Below, piece by piece: positions 27,543 to 36,000 of a DNA stretch of 64,000 bases; position 1 is the stretch's first letter, and each line of letters begins with the position of its first letter. The position numbers and the translations under genes are program-made. Where the stretch lies: sequence record OR413578.1; one strand, 5' to 3'. Below the pieces are notes generated by a model, which had not been told where the DNA came from, did no database searches, and saw only the letters and a list, made by a program, of their open reading frames with translations.

Positions 27543-28833
27543 TCTGGGCTCCGTTTTGTAATTTTTCTGCTTCAGCACGTTGACGTACACAACGTGAACA
27601 GTAGCACATGGATTTATCATGCAAATCTGACGCGCGGGTCGTACCAGTTTTCTGATACCAGTATTCTGCCGCCATCAATTTCGCAGTAGTCCAACCGCAC
27701 TGGCGACGCTCAGCGTGATACGCTTTACGGTCTTCCAGTGTACCTTCACCGTTTTCGTACGATGCTGCTGCGCAGCTACCGCAGCTGTGTTTCATCGGAC
27801 ACCCTAAACAGGTTTCTGGGTAGTTGGTGTACTGCGTTTGAATCTCTTCTAACAGCTTACCACCGTCCAGGCTCACAAACTCACGACCGACCAGTTCTGC
27901 TACAGCAGAGCGGGAAGTTACCGTGGACATGAAACGGTTACAACCGTAAATCTTGCGATCAAAGCCGAGACAGGTCATGTGCGTCAACGTACCGCAGTAC
28001 GGTTTCAGGCGTTCTGGGTCGAGACGAACAGAGTCGTCATGTAAGAGTTTGTCACGCCAATCCGGGTCCCAAGTTGCCATAAAGTTCAGGCCATCCGGGA
28101 TGATGTGCGTAATCGTGTTACGCGGGTTGGTGTGCAGACCCTTCTCAATCCAGTAGTCCATCACGTCCATCATCTGGTTCGCGATATCCAACGCCATATG
28201 GCGCGGCAGGATATCTTCGTACGTTACGTTACCAGAGATGGTACCACCGCCGGACATGTCAATTAACGATTTCATGCTGGCGGCATAGTGCGGCAATGTA
28301 TCGATCGTGAACGTCGCCTTTACGCCCAGCTCAGCGATGCCGACACTCTTCAGGTAATTGTAACCGCGTACCGCGGCTTCGTACGACCCTTCGCGCGTCG
28401 TGGTAAAGATACGATATTTGTCATGGACTTCAGGTAAACCATCGATGGAAACCCCAATAGACAGTTTGTCTTTCCAGCGCTCGATAATTTCTTTGTTCAG
28501 TGGACGGTCCAGTAGCGTACCGTTCGTGGAGATACTGAACATATACGGGCGATTGTGTTCTGCACATAACTTCTCTGCGGTTTCAAAGGCCGCCAAAAGA
28601 AGTTTAGGCTGCATGAACGGCTCACCACCGATGATATCGATGATGACTTCAACGTTCGGGATATCTTTATCACGCTCGAAACAAGCGTGGATAAAATCAA
28701 TCACGTCTGCTACTTTGTTGTTACGCGGATATTTACGCTCGTAGCAGTATTCGCAGTCCAGGTTACATGACAAGTTAGTCACAACCTGATACGTGCGTGG
28801 TGTGTACTGGATTTGCTGTTCGCTATTACTCAT
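27505..28833 (-). CDS. radical SAM/SPASM peptide maturase
   Basis: CNLDCEYC (CxxxCxxC), IGGEPF, STNGTLL, SIDG..HD..R; SPASM-type YCG..IYGCNRF..CLGCPMKHSCGSC..C. Confidence 0.92.
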   Translation of the reverse strand: MSNSEQQIQYTPRTYQVVTNLSCNLDCEYCYERKYPRNNKVADVIDFIHACFERDKDIPNVEVIIDIIGGEPFMQPKLLLAAFETAEKLCAEHNRPYMFSISTNGTLLDRPLNKEIIERWKDKLSIGVSIDGLPEVHDKYRIFTTTREGSYEAAVRGYNYLKSVGIAELGVKATFTIDTLPHYAASMKSLIDMSGGGTISGNVTYEDILPRHMALDIANQMMDVMDYWIEKGLHTNPRNTITHIIPDGLNFMATWDPDWRDKLLHDDSVRLDPERLKPYCGTLTHMTCLGFDRKIYGCNRFMSTVTSRSAVAELVGREFVSLDGGKLLEEIQTQYTNYPETCLGCPMKHSCGSCAAASYENGEGTLEDRKAYHAERRQCGWTTAKLMAAEYWYQKTGTTRASDLHDKSMCYCSRCVRQRAEAEKLQNGAQNEVNTDSQFYEA

Positions 28834-29740
28834 TGTTCGCCGCCCGTTTACGCTTAGCAGAAATTACACGGTTGATGTAGTTATACGCATCAACGCCGAT
28901 AGAACGCGCCAGGCGATTACAGCCGACTTCCAATATCTCTGGGGCGTTCTGAATTTGCTCCTGCGTACCGTCGGCGTTAAGCCACAGCACTTCACTGCAC
29001 GTGTTGCACTCGGTATCGAACATTTTACTGATCGCAAGCCCACATTCAGAATCGTTCTGCATGTTAAGGCGTTCGATATTGTCGAGTATTTTCCAATACC
29101 CGTACATGAAGTTCATGACGTGGTCTGGCGATAACGGTTTCGGCATCATCGCATCAAACAACAACGACACACCACCTGGACGGTAATGATAGATTGCTCG
29201 GTGCAGCTCGATGAAATCTTCGTACCAGCGTTTATCACCTAACTGGTCACGCGTCATCACACCCCAGGTGTAATAGTTGTCCAGCTCGTACAGCACTTCC
29301 AGCGCTTCGTGATTACCACCGTTTACAAAGTTCATAAACGGACGTTCCGACTTCTTGTAGCCGTCAATGGACACAAAGATAAGGTCGAACTGTTTCAGCA
29401 ACGGCAGATGTGATTTACGCATCTTTAAACCGTTGGTGTACATGTGATGACGGAGGTTCGGATGAGACTCCTTCAACTCGTTCACGAAGTCTTCAATCTT
29501 ACGCTGCGCTAACAGCGGCTCACCGCCCGTCCAATGAATCTCACCGATATCCGGATTCTTCTCTAAAATCGAGAGAATCTCTTCACGTTGAAACTCACGA
29601 GAAGTATCTTCTCTATCCATGTAATAAGCCCCTCCACAGAAGCTACAGTCTAAGTTACACTTAGAAGTTGCGACAACCGACAGAATTGACGGTTTGTCGT
29701 ACAGTTCAGACGAGATCCTGGATTCTACTTGATCTGTCAT
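28826..29740 (-). CDS. second radical SAM enzyme (short, degenerate auxiliary domain)
   Basis: CNLDCSFC, TGGEPLL, YTNG, SIDG; C-terminal CNTC..LNADG..GCNRL; ATG 29740 after GGAG (track start 29776). Confidence 0.88.
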   Translation of the reverse strand: MTDQVESRISSELYDKPSILSVVATSKCNLDCSFCGGAYYMDREDTSREFQREEILSILEKNPDIGEIHWTGGEPLLAQRKIEDFVNELKESHPNLRHHMYTNGLKMRKSHLPLLKQFDLIFVSIDGYKKSERPFMNFVNGGNHEALEVLYELDNYYTWGVMTRDQLGDKRWYEDFIELHRAIYHYRPGGVSLLFDAMMPKPLSPDHVMNFMYGYWKILDNIERLNMQNDSECGLAISKMFDTECNTCSEVLWLNADGTQEQIQNAPEILEVGCNRLARSIGVDAYNYINRVISAKRKRAANNE

Positions 29741-29762
29741 TGCAGGTTGCTCCAGTATATTT

Positions 29763-30650
29763 TTAAATATAATCAATGGCGAATAAAGGATCTTCGTCTA
29801 CATTAGCGCCAGGCACCAATAGCATCGGGTCGTGATAGGCAGCTAAAATTTTGTTCAGGTCGGCGTGTCTTTCGTTCAGGCGTTTCAAATCGGCCAACGT
29901 TACCGAACGACCACGAATCTCAGAAACAGCTTCTGCTTCTTCTTTCGTTAAATCCACCTTCGTTAAGAGGAAACTTACCAGCTTACTCAAATCCGCTTCT
30001 GTCGCCGGGTAATCCCCATATCGGGTTTGAACCAGGTGTTGCATCCACGGCTTACGAATACGTTTGGTGATTTCGAAATCGTCAGTCAGCGCATACCAGA
30101 CAGAACGCTTTTTATCCCACACGAACTTATAGCTATACGCCATCATGTCCGCTAAACGGGTGATGCCGAGTTCTTTATACCCCTCGATATCGATGTATGG
30201 TTCGGTGTCGAAATACGTTTCCGTATCGGCAGGTACCAGTACAAAGTAGTAAGGGAACGAGCCCAGATAGTCCGGACTCCACCAACGGCGCGCCATCGGT
30301 TTTGCTTCAAGTTCGTCAAACGGTGTAAACATCAGTTCTAAATCGACGCTGTTGTTCAAAATCCCTTCACTGAAGAAATACTTACCGTCGACTAACACGC
30401 CACGAGAGTTACCATCGCCGTTAAAGATAACGATGGCCTCTGCAACCATATCACGGATCTTAAACGTATTTTCTACGGTGTAGTTCTTCTTGTCGGTCAA
30501 GAAGCGACCACGAACCTTTGGCCACTCACCAGGAATCTGTGCAATCAGTCTGACTTTGTCAGCAAGGTGTGCACGCACTGAATCTGGGGAAGATAGATGC
30601 AGCGGGTGGTTGAATGTGGTTTTATACGCAAGATGCAAATCGTTTTTCAT
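29763..30650 (-). CDS. hypothetical protein between the Cys-rich peptides and the rSAM genes
   Basis: ORF track 295 aa; GGAG RBS; no recognisable motif. Confidence 0.75.
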   Translation of the reverse strand: MKNDLHLAYKTTFNHPLHLSSPDSVRAHLADKVRLIAQIPGEWPKVRGRFLTDKKNYTVENTFKIRDMVAEAIVIFNGDGNSRGVLVDGKYFFSEGILNNSVDLELMFTPFDELEAKPMARRWWSPDYLGSFPYYFVLVPADTETYFDTEPYIDIEGYKELGITRLADMMAYSYKFVWDKKRSVWYALTDDFEITKRIRKPWMQHLVQTRYGDYPATEADLSKLVSFLLTKVDLTKEEAEAVSEIRGRSVTLADLKRLNERHADLNKILAAYHDPMLLVPGANVDEDPLFAIDYI

Positions 30651-30672
30651 TTAATACTCCGAACGTTTTCTG

Positions 30673-30879
30673 TTATCGATTCCCCGCTCCACGGCTACAG
30701 CTTCCGCTGCAGGACCAGCTACACCCACCATTACAGTTATAGTGAGAAAGCGGTAAGCCAGCCAGGTTATTTGTGGTCGACACGGTGCCCTGGTTAGCGA
30801 TATAGTTGTTTGCCTGTGCGGTTGTAATGTAACCTTCTGCCGTAACGAGACGGTTTCGAATAGTCTTGAGACTGATCAC
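30673..30879 (-). CDS. Cys-repeat precursor-like peptide P3 (short, 4 Cys)
   Basis: GTG after GGAGG; leader homologous to P1/P2; core CNGGCSWSCSGSC. Confidence 0.8.
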   Translation of the reverse strand: MISLKTIRNRLVTAEGYITTAQANNYIANQGTVSTTNNLAGLPLSHYNCNGGCSWSCSGSCSRGAGNR

Positions 30880-30894
30880 ATAAGCCTCCGTCAG

Positions 30895-31299
30895 TTAGGA
30901 GTTAGGACCTGAACAACCACCAGAGCACGCACCTGAGCAGTTTGCGGAGCAGGATTTACCACAACCCCCAGAACAGCTGCCTGTGCACGTGCCGCTACAA
31001 CCACCAGAGCACGAAGAGCTACAGCCCGTGCAGCTGCTGCTACAGCCTGATACACAGTTTGCCGAACAAGTCGACCCACAACCACCTGTCGCAGATCCTG
31101 TGCAGCCGCCAGAGCAACTTGAGCAGCTAAAAGAACACGTACCACCACAGTCGTAGTGCGAACGACCTTGACCTGCGAACAAGTCAGCGTTATTCGTAGC
31201 TTTATTGCGAATGTAGTTTTGCACATTCGTGGTATTCTTTAGAGCGTTTGCATCGATCGTGTTTAATCGGTTATTCAGTTCTTTTAATCCAATTGCCAT
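30895..31299 (-). CDS. CxxxC-repeat precursor-like peptide P2 (20 Cys)
   Basis: AGGGGG RBS; about 50-aa leader, then a C/S/G/T-rich core with Cys mostly every 4th residue. Confidence 0.88.
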   Translation of the reverse strand: MAIGLKELNNRLNTIDANALKNTTNVQNYIRNKATNNADLFAGQGRSHYDCGGTCSFSCSSCSGGCTGSATGGCGSTCSANCVSGCSSSCTGCSSSCSGGCSGTCTGSCSGGCGKSCSANCSGACSGGCSGPNS

Positions 31300-31309
31300 T
31301 TAATCCCCC

Positions 31310-31702
31310 TTAGCGACCTGAACAGCCGCCGGAGCAGGCCCCGGAACAACTGGAAGAACATGAGCCACCGCAACCACCTGTGCAGTTACCGGTACAGCTA
31401 CTACTGCAACCACCAGAACAACCAGAGCAACCAGAACAGTTACCGCCACACGTCGAAGAACAGCTACCGATACAAGAAGCAGAACAGCTTCCTGAACAGC
31501 TCGAACAGCCGTGCGAGCAACCGTTAGAGCATGTCCAAGAACATGTCCCGCCGCAATCTAGCTGTGCTTTCGTCCAACCCCCAAATCGGTCTGCTGCATT
31601 ATGGGCTTTAGAGGCCACTTGCGCCTCGATGCGGGGGCCTGTCGCCATGTTAGCTTCGACTATCTGGACGCGGTTTCTGACGTCTTTAATAGATATCGCC
31701 AT
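31310..31702 (-). CDS. CxxxC-repeat precursor-like peptide P1 (21 Cys)
   Basis: AAGGA RBS; about 49-aa leader, then a CGGTCSWTCSNGC.. repeat core. Confidence 0.88.
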   Translation of the reverse strand: MAISIKDVRNRVQIVEANMATGPRIEAQVASKAHNAADRFGGWTKAQLDCGGTCSWTCSNGCSHGCSSCSGSCSASCIGSCSSTCGGNCSGCSGCSGGCSSSCTGNCTGGCGGSCSSSCSGACSGGCSGR

Positions 31703-31767
31703 TACGCTTCCTTAAAAAGTAGAACGAGCGGACTATGTCCATAAACATAGTCCGGCTCGTAAACAAG

Positions 31768-32970
31768 TTACTTAGTACCCGCTTCAGCTTGAACATCGTC
31801 GCGCGAGGTGAGGCTGTTGTTGACGTGAACAGCAGCCTGCACAACACCTCCATACTGTTTATGGAGGTAATTCGGGTGTGGGTTATCCGCAGCCGCATGG
31901 TTCGCCAGATTCTGGTTTGCCTGCGAAATTGCGTTGGTGTTGTTTATAACCTGAGTTTTAAGACTGTTGATTTGTCCTTGCAGGTTATCAATTTGCTGTT
32001 GGAAGTCTTTGCCCTGATTCTCAAGATCCGTGACGCGCTGATTTGTTTCATTCAGTGCAGACTGAAGATCGTTAACCATCTTCTGTAATTGCAACACCAG
32101 AGAATTAAGGTTAGCTAATGCTAACGACATTTTCTGGTAATTTTGAGCAACCACGTTAAGCTGGTCGTTCCACGCGGCTAACGAAGCCACAATTGCATCG
32201 ATGCGTTGCCCCAACGCCGTGTCTGCTGCTCTTAAGTCGCCGATATCTTTGATAGTGGCGTCAATGGCAGTCTGTACACTTTGAATCAGGGCACGAATCT
32301 CCGTCTCCGTCAGGCCATTAACCTGATGAATGTCGAGATTGTGTACGTTACCTTCGGCGTTGATGTGTGTATTTAAGGCGTCGAGGAAGTCGTTTCTCAG
32401 ACCGTCCAGAATACCTTTAATTTCTTCCAGCTGTACTGCAGAGCCGGAGTTAATCGCATCTTTAATCCCCGCGAGTACGGTAATGATATACTCAAAACCG
32501 TAGATATCGCCAAGGTCTTTATACGTCGGGGCGGACGGGAACGTATCGGGTACGTTTCGAAGATCCTTGAAGTCCACCACACGGTCTTCAATTTTCAGCG
32601 ACGCAATCGCTTGTCGGATGCCTTCGACGTTCGCGGACTGAAAACCACCAACGACTTGCGCAGAGACTTCGATATCAGTAGGAATGGCCGAGTTAGTTAC
32701 CACCACACCCATGACCACTTCGCGGTTCTTGGTCATTTTCTGATATGCAGTATGTGCAAAAATCAGTTCGTAGTCTGTGCCGCGTTTGTACGGGTAGACA
32801 CCTGGTTTATTCGCAGCTGCCAAGCGGAAGGTATCCGCGTAGAAAGCTCCGTCAGGAAAAGCAAAAGCCCGGTTAACTTTACCAGAACCTAACGTAATAC
32901 GCCGTGTAACGGCGTTCGACGTTAATGTCCCGGTAAGGTCGAGCGGGTACTGATGAATGATTTCGGCCAT
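31768..32970 (-). CDS. short fibre protein: attachment-type N-domain + long coiled coil
   Basis: ATG 32970 after AGGAG; YPLDLTG..R..AFY..GTDYEL N-domain shared with the three giant genes; Q/N/L heptads; HAAADNPHPNY motif. Confidence 0.7.
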   Translation of the reverse strand: MAEIIHQYPLDLTGTLTSNAVTRRITLGSGKVNRAFAFPDGAFYADTFRLAAANKPGVYPYKRGTDYELIFAHTAYQKMTKNREVVMGVVVTNSAIPTDIEVSAQVVGGFQSANVEGIRQAIASLKIEDRVVDFKDLRNVPDTFPSAPTYKDLGDIYGFEYIITVLAGIKDAINSGSAVQLEEIKGILDGLRNDFLDALNTHINAEGNVHNLDIHQVNGLTETEIRALIQSVQTAIDATIKDIGDLRAADTALGQRIDAIVASLAAWNDQLNVVAQNYQKMSLALANLNSLVLQLQKMVNDLQSALNETNQRVTDLENQGKDFQQQIDNLQGQINSLKTQVINNTNAISQANQNLANHAAADNPHPNYLHKQYGGVVQAAVHVNNSLTSRDDVQAEAGTK

Positions 32971-33017
32971 TGCCAAACTCCTTTGATTGGGGCTTCCTTG
33001 CCCCATAGCGCTATCTG

Positions 33018-36000
33018 TTAGGTACGGAACATAAGATTGACCTGGATAATATCAGGCTGTTGACGTCCTCTCTCGTTCACCCAATCGTGCGCAATCGTTA
33101 ACGTAAGATCGTCGCCATCCCACGCCACGATCGGTGGTGGGAATAAACCCTGAGCGCCCGTGGTAACAACCGGGATTGCACCTGTCACATTCGTAAACGT
33201 GTAGCTACGACTGTTCAGAACAACTGGTGTGCCGTTGGTCTCTCCCGGCTGTGGTAAGATTTGAATCTTACTATCCGAAAGATCGGTGGTGATTGGTAGA
33301 CCCCCAGCGTCCGTGAAAAGCCAAGAGCAAATATGCTGGTTAGCTGTTTCGAGCGCTGAAGAACTTACCGCCGCGACAAATGTAAAGGTGCACGGCACGC
33401 CTGCTGGCAGAGAGTGCTGTTTGTGGTGCACGGTATGTGGTGACGGCAATAACACTTCTGGATTTTCATCAATGTTAACATCCGTACCTTCCGCCTCGAT
33501 GTTGTAGAAAAAGCCATCCACCGCCTCCCATGGGGCAACGTGAACATTAAAGGTCGTTTCTACTCCCGGTGTACCTGGGACGACGAATTTACTTTGCACC
33601 ACCACCATCAGGTTTGTTGAGGTCGGAGCGAAAGCGGGCGTTGGAATACCTACCCACTCCATACCCAACGATGTCGCTTCACTGTTCTCATCGGCCGTTA
33701 CCGTCGCAATTGTTGTAGGATGTTTCCAAAACGCCCCCGACTTGTTTGCCTGAGTAAACGCCGGCAAAGTTTTCAAGCCTTCGAAACGTTTGGACACCAT
33801 CGCTTTACCACGACTCTGTGCGTCAGATACGGTATAAAGCAACTGACTATCCAGATAGCCTTTCGTAGCATCGATCGACAAAGGACCCATCGCTTCTTTA
33901 CGCAAGGGTGCCAGTCTGCCCGTTGCTGCATCCCTTCCCACTTCCACATCATGCTTATTCTCAACCGCCGCATGTTCCAACAGTTGTTTCACCGCCCCCA
34001 ATCGCTTAGCATGTACGACGTTAGTCTCGACGACTCGCGACGAGCCCGTTTTAACATACCCGATATAGAGTTCCGTTTCAGTGTCTGGATGTTGAATCAC
34101 GTCCATTACGTACTTCGGTGTACCATTTTCTACCTTGGCGTGCAGGTAGAATGTTCGGTTCTGATGGTTTGTTGGAAATGCTGCGCTGAGGTCAATATAC
34201 CACGTAGGCAGCCTATAAGTGCTCGAGCCGAAACGCAGGTCAACTTCCTCAGTCACATATACCAGCCAACCTTCGGCTGTTTCCACACCAGCAATGACGA
34301 CCGATTCAGTCGGGCCACTAAAATTAGGAGCCGCGACAAAATCACTCGACGACATTGCGATACCACCACAATAGACGTAGTCGAGAGATGAGTTGTGTAG
34401 CATCACCTGATCACGATGAGCCAGATAAGCTGGGCTGACTGGAGTGTGGGATGGTGCCATGCGTCCAATGCCGTGTGGAGCAGAAGAACGCGTCCAGGTA
34501 CCGTTAGACAGCGTAAGACCAACACCGTAGTTAAGCGCACCCAAGTCGCCAATTTGGCGCAAGGTTAACGTGTGTGGAAGATACAACCCGAACTGAGTAC
34601 CATCTACTGACACCAGTGTAGGTTGTCCCGGCCGGCGTGTTTTTCCTCCCGTTATCTCGCCCAACGTAGCATAGTTCAAGCCATAGTCGAGGTTGTTATA
34701 GAAGTCAAACAGTGCCAATATCGCTGCTGGGAATGTTACCTGCCCGTTGCTGATTGTTGGTTTCAGTGTAAAGTAGTAGATATCCAACAAGTTAACATTG
34801 TTCACAGTACGCGTACATGCTACTTGTGCTAATGTAAGCGGCGTGGCTGTACCGATACCGATGAACCAAACGGAGAACAGTGCCTTTCCTGCGTTATTTG
34901 CGGCAAGAATATATTCCGAAGCATAACCATTCGCAGCGCCTGCCGGTGCTCCGTCGATGATCATCTGCTTCATCTTATCCCATTCAGCTTGTGACAGCGT
35001 CAATCGATCGGCATGAATCGTGAAAGTGCCGGAAACGTTGTGGTAAGGGAATGTTTCTGGTCCTGTGCAATACCAGCCGTTTAACTCTGTACCAGGCGAC
35101 GTCGGTGTAACAATGTGGCACATCTGCGACAGATTCTCATACGTGAGAGAATCTACTAGACGACGATTGTTAGTTGGGCCATACCCCGCCTTACCTGAGT
35201 AAGTGGTGTTCGGATCAAACTCAACTTCAATTGCCAAGCGGGTACGCGGCTGTGACAACCAGATAAGTCTGGAATTCGCTCCCAGAGTCAGCGGATACGC
35301 CATACCCAGCTCGTAGATAGAACCACGACCTTGGTTTAACATTACCGCACTAAAACTTCTGGCAGTGAAGTTGTAGTCGCACGACAGGTACTCGTACCAA
35401 CTCACACCGTCATCTAACGTTGTAATCGTGACATAAGGCATTAGGTCGCGATCGCCTGCATGTCCTTGCGAAACGATATACTTGTCTTGCGATGTTGCAA
35501 AGGTTCGGTTATTAGCTTGACCTTCGCCCCATTTCCAGCTCGGAATCCCAATCTCAGCGCCACCGTTATAACGAACCGTGGTAAGATCGGCCACAATAGG
35601 GAATCGATCAGCACCTTCCAGCGTTATCGTCATTGAACTACAATCAACAACAAAGCTTGACACCCATTGTTTAAAGTTAATAGTTTGCCCTGTAGTAGAA
35701 GCAAACCAAACCGTTGGAGTTAAACCAACACGAAAGTTCAGCCCATCCACACCAATCGCGTGATTACATTCCGGACCATGGACGAAATTTCGCGCACTAT
35801 TCCACTTCGCCGATGCGTCTGCGTAGATTTGTGTTACTGGCGCTACCAACACATCTGTATCAGAACGTTTCTGACCCTGACGCAAGTAGATATTATCTCC
35901 CGACGTTAACATCCCACCTGTTAACACATCCGCCACAAACGTGTTGCTACCACCCAGATTAAGTTCGTCGAGTGCGATGCTACGCATACTCACGAAATAG

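Noticed and set aside
30673-31702. The Cys-rich peptides as simple metallothioneins
   Set aside because: Not excluded chemically, but the regular CxxxC register, conserved leaders and two adjacent rSAM enzymes fit a modification substrate better; kept only as an alternative.
30895-31702. Repeat DNA as a possible CRISPR array or DGR template
   Set aside because: There are no identical repeats with unique spacers and no reverse transcriptase or cas gene; the repetition is explained by Cys-Ser-Gly coding.
30891-31715. Alternative-frame and antisense ORFs over the Cys-rich genes (30891..31226, 30942..31130, 31380..31715)
   Set aside because: These are shadows of low-complexity repeat codons; only the Cys-rich frames have RBSs and mutually homologous leaders.
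33720-34391. 223-aa plus-strand ORF and other long antisense ORFs inside the giant fibre genes
   Set aside because: Antisense shadows without RBS or recognisable motifs.
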